Below are positions 11,697 to 23,119 of a stretch of DNA of 64,000 bases, piece by piece; the first letter of the stretch is position 1; every line of letters starts with the position of its first letter. This DNA is from Amoebophrya sp. A120 (taxonomy: Eukaryota; Protista; Dinoflagellata). A program made the translations under genes and the position numbers. The stretch covers positions 1,021,386-1,085,385 of the forward strand of contig CAJINV010000016.1 of NCBI GenBank assembly GCA_905178155.1, in the 5' to 3' direction. Under the pieces are notes generated by a model that saw only the letters and a list, made by a program, of their open reading frames with translations, ran no database searches and was not told where the DNA came from.

Positions 11697-14600
11697 ATGG
11701 CGCAAGCGTACATCTTCGGAGGCGGGTCCCCCGACCCGCTGAGACTTCGACTGGAGGTACATCCGGACCTCTTCGAGAACACGCTAAAAGCGCGGGTGGC
11801 GGCAGCATCCGCGGGATGCGACCCAGAGCACCTGGACGTCCGCTGGAAGCAGGCCCTGGCCACGAGTAGAGGGCTAGACTGCATCATCTCCGACCTGGAG
11901 AATGGCGAGTTCCTGAACTTCGATTTGTGGGAAAACGCACCGCACGCGCAGCTGCCGCTGCCGGAGCACACAGTCGCGCACTACGTGCGATCCATCGTGG
12001 CCCTCACGTTGGTATACGAAAAATACAACTCCGTCGAGTTCGACCGTTTACCCTCGGAAAAACTCAGGAAGATGGCGGTGATGCACGGCCTGCAATCTGG
12101 CGGGAACAAAGCCGCGAGGCTGAACACCCTCCAGCTCGCCGCAGAGCAAGACCACCTGTATCAGTTCCCGCTGCCACTCTGCCCAGTCGTTACGGATGGC
12201 CTGACCATCCACGACATCACCCAAACGTCGATCCAGGTGGACGGCAACCCGGTCCCCGGACAAGCGGCGGGACCCGCCCTGCACCCCATTGTCTACCCGA
12301 ACGGAGACAACGCCGCGGCGTATCAGGCGGCCCAACAGGCGGCAGCAGCTGCAGCAGCGGCGCAACAGCAGGCAGCAGCCGCACAGCAGGCGGCGCAACA
12401 GCCCGCGGCGGCACAGGGCCCAGGACAGCAAGCGGCAGGTTCAAACACTCTGCTACTACAAGTGCTCGCTCACTCTCCCGCTCGGAGCAAGCTGCTCTTA
12501 CTTACAGTACAACGCTGCAACGTTTTGGAAAAAGTTGCAGGGGCCGCGGCCTGCGAGCTGCTTCTAACTACGCACGCAAGTGCCTGTAATATGTCAACCC
12601 ACAAAACTCACAGGTGGAGCAGCACAGGGTGCGGCAGGCGGGGCACCACCGCCCCCAGCGGTACAAGCGCAAGCCGCGGGAGCAGCTGCAGCTGCAGCAC
12701 CACCGGGCGGAGCAGCACAGGCACAAGCCGGAGGCGCAGGTACCAACTAGCGCCTCTTCGTGTAGCTATCCATACTGTCGCTTTTACAGCCATGACGCAG
12801 CCCCTAGCTAACGCATGACGAACAGCAACACAAATAACACACAGGTGCGCAAGCGCAGCAAGGGGGAGCAGCTCAGGCAGGAGCAGCAGGAGCACCCGCT
12901 GGCGCAGTCCAGGCAGCCGCGGCGGCCGGAGCAGGTATCTTGCTGTCGTCGCCACGAAGGGCCTTCTACATGCTCGAAATCACCTAAAGTCCTGCGCTAT
13001 CAAAATAAACGCGTCTCGTGCTGTCAAAATAAAAAGGCGCTGAGCAAGAGCGTAACTTGTAGCGTTTTCCCTTCCCCAATCGGGGCAAAAGTCCCCCGCT
13101 GCGTGTCTCGCAATGAAATTAACTCAACACCACAGGAGCGGGACAACAGCAAGGGCCACAGGCACAACAGGCGCAAAACCCGGCGCAGCAGGCACAAGCT
13201 GGGGGAGCAGCAGGCACAGCTTCTACAAGTCTGTCTTTGCCCTTCTGCATTTTCCAGAACTCTAGACCCGACTAGAGTACAGCTCTAGAGGACTTTAGAC
13301 CCCCGCAAGCACGTAATTTTGTGCGAATTTAGTCGGGGCTCCAGATCTGCAAAACCAAAGTAAATCCCAAACACCCAAACCACAGGAGCGAACGCCGCGG
13401 GACAACAAGGACAGCAGGCCCAGCCACCGCAGGCAGGAGCGCAAGCAGGTAACCTACCCATCCCGCCAGCAGCGGCCGCGGCTGCGGGGGCACAGTTACC
13501 AGTGGCAGGGCCACAGCAGCAGCAGCAACCGGTGGGAGCGCAAGCCCAGCAACAACAACCCCCGCAAGTACAGGCCCAGCAACAGCAGGCCCCGCCGCAG
13601 CAGGCGCAGCTGGGAGCACAGCCAGCTGGACAACAACAGGCCGCGCAACAGCAACAAGCCCCCGGACAGCAACAAGCTGGAGTACAGCAGGGTGGACAAC
13701 AACAGCCACCCCCGGCCGGACAGCAAAACCAAGGTGGACAAGCCCAGCAGCCACTGCTACCGCCCGTGGGGCAGCAGGCCCAGGCGCAGGGACAGCAGAA
13801 CCAAGGTGGACAAGTCCAACAGCAGCTGCAGCCCCCCGCGGTGCAGCAGAACCAGGGCGGACAAGTCCAACAGCAACCGCAGCTCCCCGCGGTGCAGCAG
13901 GCACAGGCGCAGGGACAGCAGCACCAAGGTGGACAGGCTCAACAGCAGCTGCAACCCCCCGCGATGCAGCAGGTCCAGGCCCAGGGACAGCAGAACCAAG
14001 CTGCCGGGGCGCAGCAACAATACGTCGTGATAAACGGCATGGCATACCCGGTCGCGCAACAACCGCAGCAACCGCAGCAACCACAGCGGCAACAGCAGCA
14101 AGGGGTTCAGCAATACGCAGTAGCGCACGCACCACCGCAACAAGGGCTACCCATGCCGAGGGTCGGAGGAACGCAGCCTCCGCTTCCACCGCCGCAGCAG
14201 CAACGGCAGGCGCAAGCACAGGCAAACGTCTACGGTGCGTTCAACGCAGGAGGGACGCAGAACACTAGTGCCGGTGGAGTCCACAACTTCGAACGGTACG
14301 CGGCAACGGCCCCGCCACCGACCAACAACACGCGGACCGACATGCACAATTTCCACAATTGGAGCGAAGACGAGAGGGCTCTGTACTTCGACTCCATGGT
14401 AAAGCGGGCAACGGGAACCGCGACGGGCGTGCAACTGCCGGAGGAGCCCGTCCTGCAACCTGTCAACGCCTACTGGCACATGCGGGATGAAACGCTTAAG
14501 CCCTTGCCGCGCAACCGCAGGCCGGATGATGACGCCGGGGCCGACCCCGGTTACTGGGTCATTACCTCCCAGAACAGACCGGTGAACTTGGAGTGCTTCC

Positions 14601-16327
14601 CGTTAGTCTGGATGTCCAGCCAGTACAAGCGACAGCAGTCGCTTCCAAGGGTGAGATCGAAAAACGCCGACGGCTCGTACACCAACGGCAAGTCATGGAA
14701 CGAAGACAGGGTGTACGAAGTGGAGTACATCTCGGATTTGCGAGATTTGTTGGTGTGCCACAACGCAACCGGTGCGCAGGTGCAGGTCAACATACAGAAC
14801 CTCACCTACATGTCGGAACACCTTTGGTTGGATACCGATTCGGTATTGTATGAATACCTCAGCAAGTTGGATCCGGAAGCAAGGCGGGCAGCCAAAATGG
14901 CCGTCCTCTGGGCGATGGCGCTCGGAATCAGAGACGAGCTCCAGCTGGTCTTGCGGGCCCTCCAGGAGGAAGAAAGCCTCACCACGAAGGGGGTACACAA
15001 CAAGGACACCCTGTACAAAAATACCCCGAAGCACTGGAACGGCGTCTCCTCGGACCTGGAGTGGTACATCAAAAACGGCAAGACAGTCGGCATCACGGAA
15101 GGGCAGGCGAAGTCCCTCGTCTACGAGATGCGCCGCATCATCGACAAAAAGATGACGACAGCCACCCCCAACATCACGCAAACGGACATCGAACACGTAC
15201 AAGTCGGCCACATCTATGCCTTTTGGCAATGATGCGTTGACGGAATTTTCGAAGTCAACGGGGTACAAAGCGCCCATCTCCCGAAAGGGGCTAACTTTGT
15301 GACGTCCTCCAGTCGAGCGGAGAAATTCCACCACATGTGCATCGTCGCCACGGTGCTCAACATGTACGACACAGTCGCGGGCGCTACCGCCGACCTGACC
15401 GGACTGCGGGACACGATAAACATCAAGTCGGATTATGAGTTTCAAATTCAAATTTTGCCATCCGTCATCTACTCGTTGGCGTCGAAGCAACCACCGAACA
15501 AGTCGTTGAGCTTGGGACTTTCCGAGGGCCAGGGTGGCAACGCCAGGACTTTCAAGTACGTGGTAGAAAAGGTCGCCACGGGTCGCTGCAGCGAGATCAT
15601 CAAGCAGAGACAGTTCTACTTCGCCTCGAACGGGCTCGGGGAAGCGAATCCGAATCCGGACAACCTCACTAGAGCGCAGAAACGCGCAGCAAAGCGCCGA
15701 GGCGAAGAGGCGGGTAATCCGAACCCGAAGCAGCAACGCAAGGCGTCCAGCAGCGACGAACCGATGTTCCCCAAAAGCCCGACCTTCGACCTGCCCAAGC
15801 AGCAGGCCAGCAGCTCCTCCTGGACGAAAAACGCAAACCAGTCCAAGATGGGGAAGCTTGATATCACTACCGCCAAGTACAAGAACGACTGGAACGCGAA
15901 GGACCCGTACTTCCAGCGCAAAATGAGCGCTCCAAAGTCAGTCATCCACGCGGGAAAAATGACGATGGTCTGCTCGGCGGCCGGCCTGGTGGAAGAACCG
16001 GGTATCTCGGCCTTAAACTGGCCGCTCAGCGTGTGCCGGGATTTCCACATGCAAGGATCTTCCTGCATCGGCGGTTGCAAAAAGTGGCACGACATCCCCG
16101 AGGAGTACAGGACGGACACGCAGTCTTGGTGGCACATCCTGAACATCCAAAGCGCCGTGGCCAGCAACAACTCCAAGAACCTTCAGCAGCTCCAGCCCTG
16201 CCTCCCCATGTCACCACCCGGGAACGGCGGGAAAGGCGGAAAAGGCAAGGGAGGAAAAGGCAAGGGCAAGAAGGGCAAGGGCAAGAAGGGCAAGGACAAG
16301 CAGGAAAAATCGGCCGAATACGAATAG
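11697..16327 (+). CDS. Gag-like ORF1, spliced (exons 11697-12438, 12614-12739, 12845-12934, 13136-13213, 13386-16327); Gln/Ala/Gly-rich middle, C-terminal CCCH-type Zn finger and GK-rich tail; in-frame TGA at 15230-15232
   Basis: Four phase-1 GT(GC)..CAG introns join all pieces in frame (960 aa to TGA, ~1325 aa if read through). CRDFHMQGSSCIGGCKKWH followed by GGKGGKGKGGKGKGKKGK. First ORF of the element. Fourth donor could instead be GT at 13229. Confidence 0.75.
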
Positions 16328-16775
16328 TCGAAGGTACACAATATAGCCACCCGCGGCAGCGGGGACATCAGCGACTAAATAGATAGTCAGCACAAGCCTA
16401 ATACTACCGTGAGCCACATAACATCGCGCGATACAAGAAAAGTTTGCCACCAATTTTGAAAATGCACGCACGTCAAATCTGAGAGCGATAAAGTAGCGCT
16501 ACTTCTGAAGGAGATAGCAAGTCGCGACCCTCTAACGGAACAGCTACGAACTAAGCTAGGGATCGGAAAGAGTATGGCGCCGCTCCAAAAAATGGCGTCG
16601 GGGAGTTCCGTTACAGCAAGAACCACTCAGGGTGTGGAAGTTTCCAAAATTGAGCATGCGTACGGAGCATGAAGCTCGCCCAAGCAGGTAGCAAGGATGA
16701 GATCCCCACAAAAGAGATCACATGCGTACAGAGATCGAGAAGCGTACAGACATAAAACGGATGAACGTAGATCGN

Positions 16776-19700
16776 ACCCGACCCGGGTAGATCCTCGTGC
16801 AGGCCCCGACCTGCCGAGAAGAATCCCCGGAAGTGCCCGACTGGCACAGGACGTGTGGAAGTCCAACGTAGGCGTCTGACAAACGCCGGCAAAGGCTGAC
16901 GGGGTCCTCCCTCCCCTCACCTGCGCCACTCAGGGTGAGCACAGCTCCCCGAAACCCCATTCCAGTGAGCCCCCACCCGCTCACACCGAGGCGTCTCTCC
17001 CTGTTGGAAGGGGAGGGGGCCTCTCTGTCACTAGAGTCACGCGCTTGGGTTAATCTCAAGATTGCTTCGCGCAACCAGGCGCGTGTCTCAAAATTCCACG
17101 TGTAAAAGCGCCCCGGGCGCCGTGCGCCGCACGAAAAAAACGGCAAGGTAACGTGGGGCACCTCGCCCCACGGTGTGTGCCGCTCGTAAGAGCGGCTGTG
17201 TCTCTCCTCCGCGTAGGAGAGAAGCGTGGCGCCGACAGGCACCACGCAAGACGCGCGCGTGCACCTCGAGGCCACGATCACTCGTGCGTCTCGAAACGCG
17301 CGCGTGCGCCTCGAGGCCACGAGGCGCACGAGCACACGCAGTGCGAGGTCACGCGCGCGCGTGCACCTCGAAACCCTGGCCGCGAGGCGGCAGGGGAACG
17401 GACTACGAGATGCAGCCGCACCGTAGTAGCCGCGTGTTCGTTTATGGTTGAAAATCGATCGACAGGACGTTGTGCATCGAGATTCGCTGCCTAAATGTCG
17501 GTCGTCGCAAGAAAGCTGTCGGTCGAGAGGTGACTGAGAATGGATTTTCGTACTTCAGAGACCGTCGCGACACGTACGCGAGCCGTAGAGCCGCAAGAGC
17601 CTCGACGTCAAAGGATATGCGAAAATCGTACAACAAAAGGACGTTCAAAAAATCGTGGGCAGTACAACCCACGCCGATCCCTAGCAGTAAAGTCGTCCAG
17701 TAGATACTGATCGATCGTCGAACGACCATAGACACAAACCGCAGGCATATAAAATCACATACAGGGCAGGAGCTTAAAGCACATTGCAAACCCACATAGT
17801 AGCTAGCACTAGGCACTCTAGAGCGCGCTAGTTTGCACAAAGTTACAGCAATTAAGCACACTACCCAGTAAGAGACTTTTGCTTACCCCTAGCGAACAAA
17901 GCAAGTGCAGCCCCAGAGCACAAAAAACCCCCAATGGCGCAAGCGTACATCTTCGGAGGCGGGTCCCCCGACCCGCTGAAACTTCGACTGGAGGTACATC
18001 CGGACCTCTTCGAGAACACGCTAAAAGCGCGGGTGGCGGCAGCATCCGCGGGATGCGACCCAGAGCACCTGGACGTCCGCTGGAAGCAGGCCCTGGCCAC
18101 GAGTAGAGGGCTAGACTGCATCATCTCCGACCTGGAGAATGGCGAGTTCCTGAGCGTCGATTTGTGGGAAAACGCACCGCGCGCGCAGCTGCCGCTGCCG
18201 GAGCACACAGTCGCGCACTACGTGCGATCCATCGTGGCCCTCACGTTGGTATACGAAAAATACAACTCCGTCGAGTTCGACCGTTTACCCTCGGAAAAAC
18301 TCAGGAAGATGGCGGTGATGTACGGCCTGCAATCTGGCGGGAACAAAGCCGCGAGGCTGAACACCCTCCAGCTCGCCGCAGAGCAAGACCACCTGTATCA
18401 GTTCCCGCTGCCACTCTGCCCAGTCGTTACGGATGGCCTGACCATCCACGACATCACCCAAACGTCGAACCAGGTGGACGGCAACCCGGTCCCCGGACAA
18501 GCGGCGGGACCCGCCCTGCACCCCATTGTCTACCCGAACGGAGACAACGCCGCGGCGTATCAGGCGGCCCAACAGGCGGCAGCAGCTGCAGCAGCGGCGC
18601 AACAGCAGGCAGCAGCCGCACAGCAGGCGGCGCAACAGCCCGTGGCGGCACAGGGCCCAGGACAGCAAGCGGCAGGTACAAACACTCTGCTACTACAAGT
18701 GCTCGCTCACTCTCCCGCTCGGAGCAAGCTGCTCTTACTTACAGTACAACGCTGCAACGTTTTGGAAAAAGTTGCAGGGGCCGCGGCCTGCGAGCTGCTT
18801 CTAACTACGCACGCAAATGCCTGTAATATGTCAACCCACAAAACTCACAGGTGGAGCAGCACAGGGTGCGGCAGGCGGGGCACCACCGCCCCCAGCGGTA
18901 CAAGCGCAAGCCGCGGGAGCAGCTGCAGCTGCAGCACCACCGGGCGGAGCAGCACAGGCACAAGCCGGAGGCGCAGGTACCAACTAGCGCCTCTTCGTGT
19001 AGCTATCCACACTGTCGCTTTTACAGCCATGACGCAGCCCCTAGCTAACGCATGACGAACAGCAACACAAATAACACACAGGTGCGCAAGCGCAGCAAGG
19101 GGGAGCAGCTCAGGCAGGAGCAGCAGGAGCACCCGCTGGCGCAGTCCAGGCAGCCGCGGCGGCCGGAGCAGGTATCTTGCTGTCGTCGCCACGAAGGGCC
19201 TTCTACATGCTCGAAATCACCTAAAGTCCTGTGCTATCAAAATAAACGCGTCTTGTGCTGTCAAAATATAAAGGCGCTGAGCAAGAGCGTAACTTGTAGC
19301 GTTTTCCCTTCCCCAATCGGGGCAAAAGTCCCCCGCTGCGTGTCTCGCAATGAAATTAACTCAACACTACAGGAGCGGGACAACAGCAAGGGCCACAGGC
19401 ACAACAGGCGCAAAACCCGGCGCAGCAGGCACAAGCTGGGGGAGCAGCAGGCACAGCTTCTACAAGTCTGTCTTTGCCCTTCTGCATTTTCCAGAACTAG
19501 ACCCGACTAGAGTACAGCTCTAGAGGACTTTAGACCCCCGCAAGCACGTAATTTTGTGCGAATTTAGTCGGGGCTCCAGACCTGCAAAACCAAAGTAAAT
19601 CCCAAACACCCAAACCACAGGAGCGAACGCCGCGGGACAACAAGGACAGCAGGCCCAGCCACCGCAGGCAGGAGCGCAAGCAGGTACTCAGCTACCTAGT

Positions 19701-20205
19701 GTTGCGTTAGATTAGGCTTCGAGAAGCGCGTAAGAGTCTGCCCTTGTTGAAACTTCGTTGCGCCTGCCATTCATTGGCGGCCCACCACCAACTGCCAACA
19801 ACTCAATAAAAACAACACACAGGTAGCCTACCCATCCCGCCAGCAGCGGCCGCGGCTGCGGGGGCACAGTTACCAGTGGCAGGGCCACAGCAGCAGCAGC
19901 AACCGGTGGGAGCGCAAGCCCAGCAACAACAACCCCCGCAAGTACAGGCCCAGCAACAGCAGGCCCCGCCGCAGCAGGCGCAGCTGGGAGCACAGCCAGC
20001 TGGACAACAACAGGCTGCGCAACAGCAACAAGCCCCCGGACAGCAACAAGCTGGAGTACAGCAGGGTGGACAACAACAGCCACCCCCGGCCGGACAGCAA
20101 AACCAAGGTGGACAAGCCCAGCAGCCACTGCTACCGCCCGTGGGGCAGCAGGCCCAGGCGCAGGGACAGCAGAACCAAGGTGGACAAGTCCAACAGCAGC
20201 TGCAG
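16776..20205 (+). repeat. Second, slightly diverged copy of element 5' leader + gag N-terminus (matches 10540-~13830)
   Basis: Collinear with SNPs, ATG at 17934; bounded by a single N (16775) and a 100-N gap; carries an extra 139-bp intron 19684-19822. Confidence 0.9.
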
Positions 20206-20339
20206 NNNNNNNNNNNNNNNNNNNNNNNNNNNNNNNNNNNNNNNNNNNNNNNNNNNNNNNNNNNNNNNNNNNNNNNNNNNNNNNNNNNNNNNNNNNNNNN
20301 NNNNNATGCTGATAAACTAACAAAACACTTGAAACACAG

Positions 20340-21167
20340 GCCACGCACGTTAGGAAAATCTACCAGCAATTCGGTCGGCACAGCTACCAGGCGGAACGCC
20401 GTCGCGTCGGCTTCCTTCGGGCCCAGAGGGACGCGGTCCACGAAGCCTACAAGGAAACGCCGAGGGCACGCATCTACCACGACTACAGCTCAGACCCCAA
20501 CACCGGGAGGCACTGGGGTCCCAAACCCACGGCGCTGGACATCGCAAACGTGCACAAGGCGCAGTTCTATAAATTTCCGAACTACCATATCCGGGTGATG
20601 ATGCACGAGCAGGACAAAAGCGGGCCACTCTTCCCGGAAGACGAGTGGTCGCCGGAAGAGCTCACGCGCCATCTACAAAGCCATGTGATGGCCCTGATTA
20701 AACCCCTGCGCGACCGCAGCACCTGTGAGTCACTCCACCCCGACAAATACCGTAACTACATGGACCCCGTGGAGTACCATGGACTTCGAGACAAGACGGG
20801 GGGCCCATGGGACAAGGGCGACGGCGCGGCCAAGGACGAGCCGCGACTCCTGCACCGAGCGTGGGCACCCACACCAAAGGAGCAGGACGCACTGGCCTCG
20901 TACCCCTCGTACGGATTCGGGCAAACGGAGCTCGAGAAGTTTAACGTGCGGGTCTCCTTCAGCCCGTGCGCCGAACAGGCGGGGGTAAGCTGGCAGGGCA
21001 TGAGATCCCGCATCCACATTACCTGCCTAGTCACCGCGTGCCGCACGCTCGAAAAGCAACAGGGTCAGCTCGGCGACGATGAACCAATGCTCTTGCCCCT
21101 GGAGCTGCATGTGTCGAAATTTCCCGAGAAGAAGCCGACCTGGGGTTTCCCTGACGGCTACGACTGA
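20340..21167 (+). CDS. Element accessory ORF 2 (3' exon; unknown function)
   Basis: Open from 20340, in frame with 20550-21167; preceded by ctaac and an aaacacag acceptor like the gag introns; 5' exon lost in the gap. Confidence 0.6.
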   Translation, partial: ATHVRKIYQQFGRHSYQAERRRVGFLRAQRDAVHEAYKETPRARIYHDYSSDPNTGRHWGPKPTALDIANVHKAQFYKFPNYHIRVMMHEQDKSGPLFPEDEWSPEELTRHLQSHVMALIKPLRDRSTCESLHPDKYRNYMDPVEYHGLRDKTGGPWDKGDGAAKDEPRLLHRAWAPTPKEQDALASYPSYGFGQTELEKFNVRVSFSPCAEQAGVSWQGMRSRIHITCLVTACRTLEKQQGQLGDDEPMLLPLELHVSKFPEKKPTWGFPDGYD

Positions 21168-21657
21168 GGTATAAGCTAGAACAGGACCTATTTAGAACTG
21201 AGAAAGTCACAACTTGAGCAATAACTCGTGCTAAGGAGCTAACCAATGACAGATAGAAGTCGACAACTTAAAGTCAGAACGTAGTGCAGGAACGGCACAA
21301 CTATAAGACACACGCTAAGGAGTTGCTTCTGACCCAAGAGAAACAAAAAGTCCACACCACCCTAGTAGTGCAGAACTGCAGCTGCGTAACATGCCAGAAG
21401 CGCGCGCCTGTGTCGCCTGTTCAATCACAAAAAGAAAGCAAGTTGCCAGATCCGCACAAATCTGCCTTGAAATGAGCAACAGGTCAGGATCCTTCCCAGC
21501 TAGGTTCTGGTAGAAACTCGACAACATGAACGAGATCACGCTTAGGACTGAAAGCACAGCAACGCACTAGGCCAGCGGTATAAGTAGCAGATAAAGCCCA
21601 GCCCAGCAGCGCGCTCAACATAGCACAAGTATACAACAAACCCACAGGGAACATAGA

Positions 21658-22065
21658 ATGGGAAACCAAGTGAGCTGTTGCATGTGCTGGGAGGAGCAGC
21701 TCTGCTGCTTCCTCGCCATCCTACCAAATGGACAAAAAGTCGCTCTACCGTATGACTCTGTATGGATCCAAAAAGATGGACGCATCCGCACGGTAGGACT
21801 AGGAAGCATGGTCTGGGATACGTCGACAAACGCGCAATCGCTGGAAAGCAAGAAGCCCGTCTTCCCCGTCGCGCGCCTCCGCGCAGAGCTCCTCATCGGC
21901 ACACCGGGGGGATATGCCGAGGGCCACGCCATCCCGGACGCGGACAAAAATCGGGCAACAGCAGAGATTACGCAACTCGTCCGGGAGCGCCTGACCAAAG
22001 GGGAACAGAAAGAGCACTACACCGCATTGCAAAAGCGAGACTACGACGAACTCAGGTGCAAATGA
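21658..22065 (+). CDS. Element accessory ORF 3 (135 aa, unknown)
   Basis: ATG-started ORF with element-like codon usage; Cys-rich N-terminus MGNQVSCCMCWEEQLCC. Confidence 0.45.
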   Translation: MGNQVSCCMCWEEQLCCFLAILPNGQKVALPYDSVWIQKDGRIRTVGLGSMVWDTSTNAQSLESKKPVFPVARLRAELLIGTPGGYAEGHAIPDADKNRATAEITQLVRERLTKGEQKEHYTALQKRDYDELRCK

Positions 22066-22120
22066 TTCGCATGTACAAACAGCAAGAGCGCGCATAGGCC
22101 ATAGCTTGGACTGACTCGCA

Positions 22121-22819
22121 ATGCAACAAAAAACAAACAGGTGCTATATGGCCGACAGCGTCCGCCAGTGGACTAGTGTGCAAATCCGCACCCACCTCGT
22201 GCTCTACCACCGCCTTACCAAGGGTCGCGACCTCACGGAGGCAAGGTATTTCCGGCTGCGCGCGTTCCTCAACGGGCTCGATATGCGGCTGGAGGCTAAC
22301 ATCAACGGCATGCATCACACAAGCTTCCAGCACACGCTCACTGGCCAAACCAACCCCCACGACGCGCATCCCGCGGGATATTGGAAAGACACAGTGGAGC
22401 AATTCCAGTTCGTCTCGCCAGACGCGATGAAGTTATGGTGCGAACAGAACAAGCCCTCGTGGAACACGACGCGGGACCTGGGCCTCCACCGGCTCATGAT
22501 CCGCATCAAACGTGAGCACAGCAACCACATCGAGCAGGACGGCCTGCAGCAATGGGGACCCAGGGAACACACAGGCCTCCGCATGCTTGCCGCGGGAGAA
22601 AAGTCCGCCACGTACATTCCATCCCCGGACCCCCTCCACGGCAAAACCCGGTGGAGGGACCACGCCGAGGGACCGCACAAGCCGAATGAGGTCCCGGGCT
22701 ACAACTCCTACTGCCTCGCCTGCCGGCTCATGGCTTATAACCATTGCCCGACGCCCTGTGGAAGTGAGGAGTGCACACATTGCAGTCGCTGTGTGGACTG
22801 CAACCACGGCTGGGACTAG
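22121..22819 (+). CDS. Element accessory ORF 4 (232 aa) with C-terminal Cys/His cluster (putative Zn finger)
   Basis: C-terminus CLAC...HCPTPCGSEECTHCSRCVDCNH; C/G-ending codon bias. Confidence 0.6.
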   Translation: MQQKTNRCYMADSVRQWTSVQIRTHLVLYHRLTKGRDLTEARYFRLRAFLNGLDMRLEANINGMHHTSFQHTLTGQTNPHDAHPAGYWKDTVEQFQFVSPDAMKLWCEQNKPSWNTTRDLGLHRLMIRIKREHSNHIEQDGLQQWGPREHTGLRMLAAGEKSATYIPSPDPLHGKTRWRDHAEGPHKPNEVPGYNSYCLACRLMAYNHCPTPCGSEECTHCSRCVDCNHGWD

Positions 22820-23119
22820 TCAGATCGGACAGCCAAATGACTAGAAAAGTCATGCACTGAGCGAACGAGCAAGCCTAACAATAGAGGTAGCAACACCAGC
22901 AGAGAGCACCACTAGAAGCCACACAGTAGCCCATATATAGTAAACAGACGGGCGAGGTCGCTAATACGGCCCCCGTAGTGGAGGCTAGCTGAGTGCTCAC
23001 CCCAGCAGACCATAGCGCCCAGCATACATATGCCGCGCACCATAGTAGAGACTCGCTATCGGCACGACAGCAAGCACCACTAGAGAAAAAGCTAGCACGC
23101 GTAAAAAAGGAAAAACAAG

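Noticed and set aside
13500-14130. CRISPR-like array in caaggtggacaag repeats
   Set aside because: In-frame Gln/Gly/Ala coding repeats, no unique spacers, no cas genes, eukaryotic context
13329-16176. Long antisense ORFs (13329-14225, 14693-15736, 15616-16176)
   Set aside because: Shadows of GC-rich, repetitive sense coding sequence
16776-20205. True internal tandem duplication or nested insertion of the 5' half
   Set aside because: Bounded by Ns on both sides; more likely a contig from another copy placed by scaffolding, though its sequence differences look real
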